Assembly (NCBI GenBank): GCA_951406725.2
Contig: OX597816.1
Span: forward strand, 145,390,001 to 145,454,000
Direction: 5' to 3'
Length of the DNA: 64,000 bases
Source of the DNA: Octopus vulgaris
Lineage: Eukaryota
Below, piece after piece: positions 53,334 to 64,000 of the stretch (its first letter is position 1; each line of letters begins with the position of its first letter). The position numbers and the translations under genes are program-made. The notes under the pieces were generated by a model. The model ran no database searches. It saw nothing but the letters and a program-made list of their open reading frames with translations, and had not been told where the DNA came from.

Positions 53334-55789
53334 TCCATGTATAGTTATATATACATGCATGCATACTTGCATACATACATACATGCACACACACACATCT
53401 CCGTGAGTATATGTGTGCTTGCACATAAATCATTTTAACACATAATGACAGGTAATTCATATTCATCTTCTCTTTTACTTTGTCTATTATCTTTTTTCTT
53501 CTTTTACGTTTTTCTTTATACTTTCTCTTTGTTTCCTTTAGAAGGCAGTTCTGGTTTTTATTTCGATAATTCGATCTTTTATACTATTAATGATGCTTTC
53601 TTTCTTTCATTTCTTCTTGTAAAAATTGTGTTGCTAAATAAAAATCTATTTTAAACGTTCAGTGTCAAAAAAGAGTTATATATTTATGAGTAAATCCGTT
53701 AGATATAACTTCCTGTAGCACTTGTAACACTTTGAAGTTATTATAATATATAATATATCATCATATATATTTCCTAAGCAACGGTTATATACTGAAACTG
53801 CGCTAACTATATTTGATAGTTTTAATACATGTTCTACTTAGTTAATCACGTAAAAAAACACTAAACTGGAATAAGGGAAAAATTATAGTATTTTCCAACC
53901 GAAACGGTTCATGTATAGGAGAGTGTGGAATAGTGCAATGAGTAATATTTGCTGTATTTTTGTATTTAAGAAAAAAATATTTTTTAAAAATGTTCACTAC
54001 ATTACAACCACTATATCAGCTAAGCAAATGACTCTCTTAATGCATTAAAAATACTATAATATATATGCGGAACACTATTTCAGAAAAGTATCCTTGTTCT
54101 CAGTTAGAAATAGGGATTCAAATTTAGGTGGAGCAAATGAGTAAGTGAAAATAAGGTAAATTTGATACTTCAATTATCAAGAATTACATTTTAAAATAGA
54201 CCCATACACATCAATATCCATCCTTACGACCTAAAGCGCCACAAAATATAAAATTATTGTGGTTAAATGAAAGTGGATCACGGGGAAATGGCACATGAAA
54301 TGATATTAACGGAACTCGACCAAAGCTAGAATCTCAACATTCTCTATAACTATTTTCATAATTTGTTGGAGTGGGTCTCTTCCTGGTATATATATAGGCA
54401 CCACACAATTAAATAGGAGAAATTATTGAAAATAGTAATTACTTATTTTGCCCCACTTAATAATCAAGTTTTTAAAACTGAATATTATATTAGATTCTAG
54501 TGTGGTGAAAATTGACTTGGAATCCAACAGGAAAAAGAATATCTATTATTAAACATGATAAATTATCCACATAATTTATTAGCAGCCTCAGTTACAACGG
54601 GACCAAATTTGAGCAAAATACCTACCACCAGACTGTTTCAAACTTTCTTAACTACAGCAACAGCAGCTATACTGACCAAATTTTATTCCCAAAGATGATG
54701 CAATAGTACAAAGTGATGTTGTAATACTTACAGTGTTATGGTATTTAACATGTAGGGAGAAAATACCGAGAATTCAAAAATTCCTATTATATCCAACTAC
54801 CTCTTTTGGCCAAACACTATTCATTACGTGCTCTTAGTTTTTGCTTTTGTTACTCTTTTACGCTGATATTGACTTGCTGACGTGTATTGTATTAGTACAA
54901 CAGTCATTAATCGTGGTAGTTTAAATAACTTTAGAATCTTATTTTGTGATATTCTGATTGATAAAATCTCTGGGTAACGATTTTACTTTCCGTAATATTT
55001 TTTCTAGCAACTGATGCGAATATAAGTGTTATATTCCAATATAATGATATTAAATCTTTCAGAATTATCACTAAATCGATTATTCACAATGAGAAATTTA
55101 TAATTTTATAACTATTAATTATTACTAATTAATAATTGCAATACATTTTTGCATACATTATGTTGAAGCGTATAGCAAACGGTTCAAACATTTACTTAGT
55201 CAACTTAATTATAAATTATACCTTACCTACTAGCCAATTCATACATAATTAAGAGCTTATTATAATTACAAATATATTATATTGACGTGTCATGCAGAAT
55301 AATAATTTGTCTCCGCTGTAAATTAAGACATATTAATTACCCTTTCATATTATTTTCTCTTAAGAATATTGTTTCTTACTGCATATAAAGTATATAAACT
55401 TACTTCAATCAATGTAGCTATACCACATAAAATACGGATTGTAGCTAAAAATCAATAATTATTTACAGACTAATGTTCAAATACGACTCAAAAATAATAC
55501 CGTTATGGCATGCCGTTATAAATAAATATATCTCCATTATATTAAACCATTCCAGTCACTTTCATCTCTTTATCTCCACTCTTACATTTCAAATAAACAT
55601 TCTCATTTGATCAGTTTGCCACATCGTTTTATTTTCTATACTATTCCCACTCCTGCTTCATACAACCTGAAATATTTACAAATATTCTCATTTTTACTGC
55701 GGGATTACATATAGCGCAAAAATAGAAACTGAAGATTGATCGTTTTTATTATGTTTACATATAATGTGTGTGAACCCGTTCGCGCGTGT

Positions 55790-55831
<42 letters not shown>

Positions 55832-56039
55832 CTGTGTGTATGCGCGCGCGTGTATGCCTGTGTGTATGTGCACGCATGAGTGTGCGTGCGTAAGGAAATG
55901 TTTGAGTGCTCCCCGATCGTGGCTTCCACCGACTTAACACACCTTGTAAAAGCAAATGTAATAATTTCTGGAAAATATATTCGATGATCCCTCAATTAAT
56001 GTTTGACTATGTTTCTCGAAAAAAGTACAAGAAAACAAA

Positions 56040-56155
56040 TACTGATTTTAAATTTTGTTATACGGCCAGCAGTTTTGGGGAAGGGGTAAGTCTATTACCT
56101 CGACCCTAGTTCTCGATTGACACCCATTTCATCGACCCTGAAAGGATGAAAAGCA
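56040..56155 (-). mobile_element. SINE fragment (Meta/MESC-like family)
   Basis: ATCGACCCTGAAAGGATGAAAAGCAA. Confidence 0.7.
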
Positions 56156-56249
56156 AGAAAACAAATATTGATAAATATTTGTGTTCAATTGTGTCTGTGT
56201 GTGTGTTTATGTGTATGCATATATGTGTGTGTGTGTGTGTGTCTTTTCA

Positions 56250-58856
56250 TCATGCCTGTGCCTTACCCGACAAGCGCAATGTCTAGCTAATACCTTTGCC
56301 AAAATAGTTAACACTGCATTTAGCAGACTTATGGGCCTTGAGTTGCTAAAATCCCCCCCTTGGTTCAGATACTTTCTCAGAAACAACATCAGATCTCTTT
56401 TTGGAGGAGTGGGGATTTTCCTGTTCTGCAGCCAGTTGCAAGAAGCATCTGGCAAAATGACCCTGAACATATAATTCATAGCGCAGATCATATAGGGCCA
56501 GTCCTTTTGATATCTCCATCGTGCTATCCGATTTTTCTTCCCGTAATTAGTCAGCTGTTACCGGAATTTCGTAAAAGTTTGTATTTGCAGTCGACATCTA
56601 TGGCAAGCTATCGAAGTAGGCAGAAAAGTCCTTCACTATCTCTTGCCCAATGTTTACTCTGAACAGTTGGGCGAAGTACCATTAAAAGCCGCGCACAATT
56701 GCTTCGAATCGTGTAGCATGCCCCATTTCCGCTTCAACAAAGATTGAATTGTATATTTGTTGCCACGCCAAGCCTCTGATATAGGAGCACTCCGGACGGC
56801 TTTCTCTCCTTCGCATCTTAGAGGACGCGCTCTAGATCTTACAACACAACTTTTGCGCTTAGCGTTGAAGTATTCACGAAGAGCCTGTCACGCTGCTAGC
56901 AAGACAGTCGCCATGTTGGTGTTAAGCGCCGCTTTTAAATTATTGTCTAGTTTACGCTCCACACTTGTAAACTCTACAATTATTTCCTTATTAAAACTCA
57001 TCAACTCTAATCTAACGTCACCTGTCAGGGCCAACCACCTGTTGTCGACGGATGCCTCCCCGTTATCTCCTTAATTACTTCTCTAATCCGGCCACTATAA
57101 ATATCGCACACCGGGAAAGACACTTTTAAGACATGCACGGCGGAAATTCTTGTCTCTCTGGTTGCTATCACCTAAGGTAATTAAGAATGTGATCCTTTTT
57201 CCAGGGCAATTTCTTGCCACGAGTATTTAAGCTACCTATTATGAAGAATGCCATGTTGGTTAGAATGAAGGAAAATATATAAGAGGCACTCAGGTTTCGA
57301 AATATTGATTTCTGTTGTGAAGAATCCCTGTAACAACCTGTTCGAATCATGGCTCTTGAGTTCCCAACCTTATGTAGGAAACTCTAATTTCCCTGAAACA
57401 CTTAATCGGTAGCCAGCCCAATTTTAGATCCTCTGAAATTTTATCTATGCTTCTTTTCACACTACTCTTCTCTCTGTTTCGTCTATTTGTATTATGTAAG
57501 AGAACAGTCATTTATTTTTTCTTACTACCAACACAAAGTTATCTGTAATTTGTTATTACCGTGAGCGTGTTTGTCTGGACTTGCGTGCTTGTTTTCTGGT
57601 TTTCCAATTGCGTGACCATAGTTGTTCTTCTGGTGTATCTTCTCTCTTTGTTGTTGTCATCGGTTGTAGTAGTAGTGATAGTGCATTTCTTGTAGATTTA
57701 GCGTTATTCTGGATTGATGCTAGTCATTTTTTTTTGTTTTCTTTTCGGCTGTTTAGTTACTGTTTAGCTTTCCTTGCTCCTATCCTCTTCAACGCTTGTT
57801 TTATTATCGGGAGGCTCCACCTCGAACAGAAATAGAGTAACATTTTCTCATGTGTATATATATCCGGTTTTGTGTTTGTACCTGAGGGCAAATAAGGCTA
57901 GTAGTAGTAGTAAAGTGGGAGGAGGAGAAGAGAAAGAGAGAGCATATGCGTGGTGACTACTTTTTGGTTGCCAGTATACTCTGGCACCTTAATTGTTACT
58001 ACGAATAGAATTGATGATAATTTTGCTGGTGTTCCTGCTGTTGCTGTTTTTACACTTTCTGTTGCGATCGAGGGTGTTATCGTTTTCTCTGTTGTTGTTA
58101 GTGCTATTTCGGTTCTTATTATTTTTTCACTTATTCTTCTTGCTGCTCTATTTGGTACTGTTTCTGTTATTGCAAACTTTTCTAGTTGTTCTTGTTGCTT
58201 TTTGCCTTTTTGTTGTTCAAGTTGGAGCAGCGATTGTTTCATTGGCAGGGGGTCATCCTATCTCTTATTCTGCTGTGGTACAGTGGACAGAGAACTCGGA
58301 TGTGGTTAGTTGTTCCAATGAGGTGCAATCTAAGTTGTCTACCCTTCACAATTATTCGCAACTCTTCCCTCTTTGGCAAGTAGATAATGTCTGGGATTCT
58401 CTCCAGTTGGCTAGCTTTACGTAAAGATGGATTTCCAGTGTGATTCCAATCCAGTTTCCCTCCTTAATCCTTTTTAACCCATGCGAATGTCACTACCATC
58501 GAGAACTACTCACGCGGGTATCCATCAATCATCTTCCTCTGATAGGACTGCGATATCGTAATCTTTACTGTCCTTTATACTAAAATGCTATGTACGAAAT
58601 CCTTGTTGTGGTGAGCGATCACTGAAAGCTATGGTGCGTGGGAGAGGTGTCTTACATAAGAACTGCCTTGGTCTCGATATATGGTCAATCACCTGCCTTT
58701 TTTTATTTCAGCGTTTGTGGCTGCTCCAGTCAACGTGGTTTGACATCGATATACCTATAAATAATTTCTTTTTCTAGCTGTTGGAGTAAGAGTGTGAGGA
58801 GGGAATCAATTTTCGTAAATGTAGCATATCTGCTAATTTTGGGCATTAATCACCGG

Positions 58857-58929
<73 letters not shown>

Positions 58930-59400
58930 AAAAGTCTATTTATAGCAACCATGCCAGCGAAAGACGCCCTATTATTGTTAGTTCTGTTACTGCCTTGATT
59001 CCATTTTTTTTCTACCGGTAACTGCCTTTGCTATTGCTACTTCCGGCAGTAGTTTTCATCACAACCACTCTTGCCTATGCTCCTGCGGCAACTGCTGTCA
59101 CTGCTGTCATTGTCCAGTCCTATGCTACAAATGTCATATCTGCTGCTTCTGTTACCAACTCCGCCGCTGCTTCAGCTGGTGCGGCCACTTGGTTGCTTTT
59201 ACGACCTAATGCTTTTGGGCAGCGGCTACTAATGGACTTTGAATCGGGATCAATGAATTTTCTCTCCCCTGTTGTAGGTAGAATGTTGTCTTCACTACCA
59301 TTTCCACTGCTTCTTATATGGAATTGTTCATGGTATCATTGTTGTTGTCCTGCCTTCGCTCTCTTGTGATGCTGACAGTGGCAAGACGCCATCATGCAAC
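56250..59400 (-). mobile_element. Degenerate L1/Tx1-clade LINE (ORF1 plus start of ORF2)
   Basis: ORF1 remnant IIVKGRQLRLHLIGTTNHIRVLCP (decayed Zn knuckle, about 58280-58360); ORF2 start at 57254 MAFFIIGSLNTRG (APE N-terminus); RT motif NSRPISLLNAVLTILAKVLAR at about 56280-56345. The 5' boundary is uncertain. Confidence 0.78.
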
Positions 59401-59669
59401 TATCTTAATGAAGTAGTTTCTTGACATTTGCGCAGCTATAATCGAAAGAAATATAAATAAAATGGAAACGAAATTAATATTACCACTACCGTGCCTTTTA
59501 TGTTACAGTTTTGCGATCCCAGCCTTCACTAGTGAATTAGGGTTGGAGTTGATTGGGTGGGGGATTCTTTAATAAATATTAACGAGAGTAAACAAATTAT
59601 TTCAAACCAAAATTCAGCATAACATCGGTGCCCAAATACACGTCCGAAGAAAACGATAACAACAACCAC

Positions 59670-59750
<81 letters not shown>

Positions 59751-59752
59751 TA
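59670..59752. repeat. (TAA)n microsatellite
   Basis: Direct reading. Confidence 0.95.
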
Positions 59753-59789
59753 CAACAACAATAAGATAACCTGCACTGAATAACAACAT

Positions 59790-62583
59790 GGATGTACTAA
59801 ACCGGGCTCCCCATTCAAAAACAAATCTAATCCAATAACATCGACGGAATTAGATAAAGGAACCTGAGGAAAACTTGAAGGAAGCGGCCTTTTAACGAAA
59901 ATACTAAAAAAAAAACCGAAATGTTACTGCCATACAAATAACAGTTCCTCCTACGCACGGTGTTTCACTGAAACATGCGCAATACACACGCGCGATATCA
60001 ACAATGAAAAGTTTACAAATTATAAAATAGAAATAGAATGAAACTGTGAGTACATAAATTGAGTAATTACACATACACTCGAATGTCTACACAATCATAT
60101 ATACATTTTGATACCCATAGGACTACACATACATCCCAAATTTTACAGGACATACAGTCACGCACATGAAAGCATGTGTCACAAACTAAGCAAAAACAAA
60201 ATTAAAACTTATTTTTTTCTTCTTATTTTATTTTCCTTTTTTCGAACTAACACAGACAGAATGAACCATTCATAAGTTTAAAAGCACCACACGCAAAAAA
60301 AACTATGTTCGGAGATAAATGTTTCAACAAAAAATACAAGCGAATATAGATCTGCTAGCCTTAAGAAGCTACGCTACGGGCGATGTTTACATGTAGAGAA
60401 CACGGAGACGGGGTTGTCACAAAAAATTAACCCTAAACTGACAGATCCGTCTCCTAATGTAAGCGCCGAAGCTCGTCATGTCTCACTGTTAACAAAACAA
60501 ATTACAAACCGCAATGGTCATCGATCCGATTACAGAGACCACATACTCGAATGTTGAAACAGATTCAGGTTGAAAAATCAGATACTGGTTCAAATCTTCC
60601 CGATACACAGGAACTGGACGTACCCCACAACCGGAATATTCCAAAAGATGACCATCGATCCCCATCATCAAATAACCAAAAGAAAAAGAATGAAAAATGG
60701 TCTAGGGAAGATATTAAAGAAGTTCTTACGGCTTTCTACCATGTCATATATTTCCCCACAGATAAATCTAATACTATACAAACCTACTTAAACTAGAGAC
60801 AGAAACACCCTGAAGTAAGACCCTACATAGACAGTAACAAACTTGCCACCGTCAGAAGAAACATTATGAAAAAGAATTACTGCCTGAATTAGAGATTGAC
60901 CAAATCAAATAAGCAGTAAAGGATAAAAAGTACAAAGCTGTAGCTAAAGAAGATACTACAGAGGAAATAATTATAGACCAGCCCAGGGCTGATAAAAATG
61001 CAGTAATGATTGGAAGAGTTAATGTAATTGGTAGGCAAAGTGAAATACTCCCTGAACCAATCATAAACACTAAGGCAGAGGAAAATCAAATAGATGAAGA
61101 AAGTCCCCCAATATTGACCCAACAGAAGTACATGAGCTAAAAAATCAAATCATAACTGAGTGTCTGAAAATAAAAAAAAAAACAGTATGGATGAACGCGA
61201 CACTCTCCCAAAAATCTGCAACTCTAATCAAAACATGAAAATAATTGGTAAAATCCGCCTCGCACTTAAGGATATAATTTCAGCTAATGATGTTGATATC
61301 AAAGATCTCAACCACCTGTATGCATCCGCGAAAATCTCAACGATTCTATGTGGTGAAAAGATTAGAAAACAGCAACATTCCCACAAAAAGCCTTCTTGGC
61401 AAGAGCATATCTAACACCAAATTAAGCTACTTAGGTTTGACATTGATGTTTGAAAAACCTTAAGTTTGACAAGTCTACCAAACCTACAAAAACCCGAAAA
61501 TTAAAGAAACAATATATGAAAACCATAGAAACTATCAGGCAAAAGGTATGTGCTAAAGCTGCCCGCATAGCGAGGTATGAAAAGCGTGTTAGATTCTCCA
61601 AGGACAACAACATGTTCAAAAATAACCCCAAAAATGTTTACAGGAAGATAGAGAAAACACCAGTTACTGTAAAGTCTGTACCATCAAAATAAGAAGTACA
61701 GGGATTTGGGAAAAAAATTTGGGCAGAAGAAAAAATACAGAACGAAAAGGCCTCTTGGACTGATAGAATATCTACAGACTTGGACTCCTTAGAGGAGCAA
61801 AAGTGGAAGGGTGTCAAGGTAGAATATATAAGATCTGCTCTCAGGAGGTCAAGCAAATGGAAGTCTCCAGGAAAGGATAAAATTCTCAACTTCTGGTTGA
61901 ATGCCTTTCCAGAGAGCCATGAACTGCTAAAAGAACATTACAACGATGTTTTGCAATACCCTAGTAGGATGCCTTCTTGGCTAGTTAATGGTTTAACATT
62001 CCTGCTCCCCAAAAGTGAAGAAACAAATGAACCAAAAAAACTATAGACCCATAACCTGCTTAACAACTATGTATAAAACGCTAACATCTGTCCTGACTGA
62101 ATACACCCATAGTTTTTTAATAGAAAGCAGTATATTCCCTAATGGACAAAAATGATGTAAACGTAGATCCTATGGTTGTAAAGATCAGCTACTTATCAAT
62201 AAGATGATCTTCGACGATTGTCACAAACGACACAAAATCTTGTCAACAGCCTGGATAGACTATAAAAAAGCTTTTGATAGCCTGTCACATAGCTGAATTA
62301 AGAAATGCCTGGAAATGTATAAAATAGCGCCTACTCTGCGAAACGTTTTGTCTGTAAGTATGAGATCATGGAGAACCACACTAACTTTGAACAGTGACAA
62401 TGAATCTCTAAATGCTCGTGATGTAAACATTTCATGTGACATTTTCCAGGGTGACACGCTATCACCACTCTTCTTTTGCCTAGCCTTAATACCTCTCTCA
62501 AAATTGCTCAATGATGCACAGTATGGTATAAAATGTTTGATAAAAATACAAATCATCTCATTTACATGGATGATTTAAAGCTT
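59790..62583 (+). mobile_element. R4/Dong-type non-LTR retrotransposon, 5' region through RT (pseudogenised)
   Basis: [66 protein letters not shown] with stops and frameshifts; begins just after (TAA)n. Confidence 0.9.
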
Positions 62584-63008
<425 letters not shown>

Positions 63009-63020
63009 TAATAATAATAA

Positions 63021-64000
63021 TACAGCTACAATATCCTTAACTGGACACGAAATGAACTGACCAAAATAGACAGGAAAACAAGAAAAATAATGACAGGATC
63101 TAGGATGCATCACCCAAAATCTGACATAGAAAGACTATATATACAACGTATAGAAGGTGGTAGAGGCCTTATACAGCTGGAAAACTACTATAAAATAACC
63201 ACCATAGGACTGTAAAAATATCTACTTCAGAAGGAAGGAAAACTGATCCAGATAGCGGCAAAACACGAGGAAAACAAAAACTGTTCTCAGTATTTAAGGA
63301 AGCTGACAAATACAAACAAGAAATCATACCACCTAATAAACATGAAGAAGAAGAAGAAGAAGAAGAAGAAGAAGAAGATGAAGAAACAACAAAAGCTATA
63401 AAAAAAATGAAATCCAAACTAAAAATAGAACAGCAACGAACCATGATAAAACGATGGCAAGAAAAGCCCCTTCATGGTAAATACTGGACTAAACTAAACG
63501 CAAAAGAAATAGACAAAGAAAAATCCCAGCAATGGTTGAGAAGCTCAGGACTCAAAGCAGAAACAGAGGGATTTTTAATTGCAGCACAAGACCAAAGCCT
63601 CCCCACCAGAAATTACCAAAAACATGTAATGAAAAGAAATATTACAAGTAACTGCAGAATATGTGGAGATGGACAAGAAACAATAAATCATATTATCTCT
63701 AGCTGCCCAGTCCTGGCTAAGAAGGAATATATTCACAGACATGACAGAGTTGGAACTTACATACATTGGAAGCTATGCCAACATTATGGAATAACAACAG
63801 ATAAAAGATGGTATAGGCACACGCCAGAAAAGGTCACAGAAAACGAGAAAGCAACCATACTCTGGGATATGCCGATACACACAGATAGAGAAATTAAGGC
63901 CAACAGACCAGATATAGTTGTCAGAGACCATGAAGAAAAAAAATGCTTTCTAATTGATGTATCAGTACCGGCAGATGACAACGTGTCTCTAAAAGAAATG
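63021..64000 (+). mobile_element. R4/Dong-type LINE C-terminal region (CCHC Zn knuckle plus RLE endonuclease), runs off window
   Basis: HHPKSDIERLY..EGGRGL, KPLHGKY, ETEGFLIAAQDQ, CRICGDGQETINHIISSC, RHDRV, RPDIVVRD..CFLIDVSVP; one in-frame stop near 63212. Confidence 0.93.

Noticed and set aside
57950-59369. Hydrophobic plus-strand ORFs resembling membrane proteins
   Set aside because: Antisense of the A-rich, low-complexity ORF1 of the L1/Tx1 remnant.

Overview
AT-rich eukaryotic genomic DNA, very dense in microsatellites. The SINE families and repeat content suggest an octopod cephalopod (Octopus); this is inferred from recalled repeat sequences, not from a search. No complete host gene is visible and most listed ORFs are microsatellite artefacts. 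Real coding remnants belong to transposons: CR1-like LINEs, R4/Dong-type RLE LINEs in (TAA)n/(CATA)n tracts, an L1/Tx1-like element, a Neptune-type Penelope GIY-YIG fragment and mariner fragments, alongside non-coding Helitron-like and tRNA-SINE copies. There is one good 45-nt minus-strand exon candidate (52553-52597) and a repeat-poor, possibly regulatory block (about 39.3-46.5 kb). The most striking unannotated signal is a set of at least six fold-back (inverted-repeat) elements whose arms each carry a minimal type I hammerhead ribozyme motif with a family-specific palindromic helix III. The two arms at 4923-5004/5282-5363 and the minus-strand copy at 12738-12821 have an intact catalytic core.
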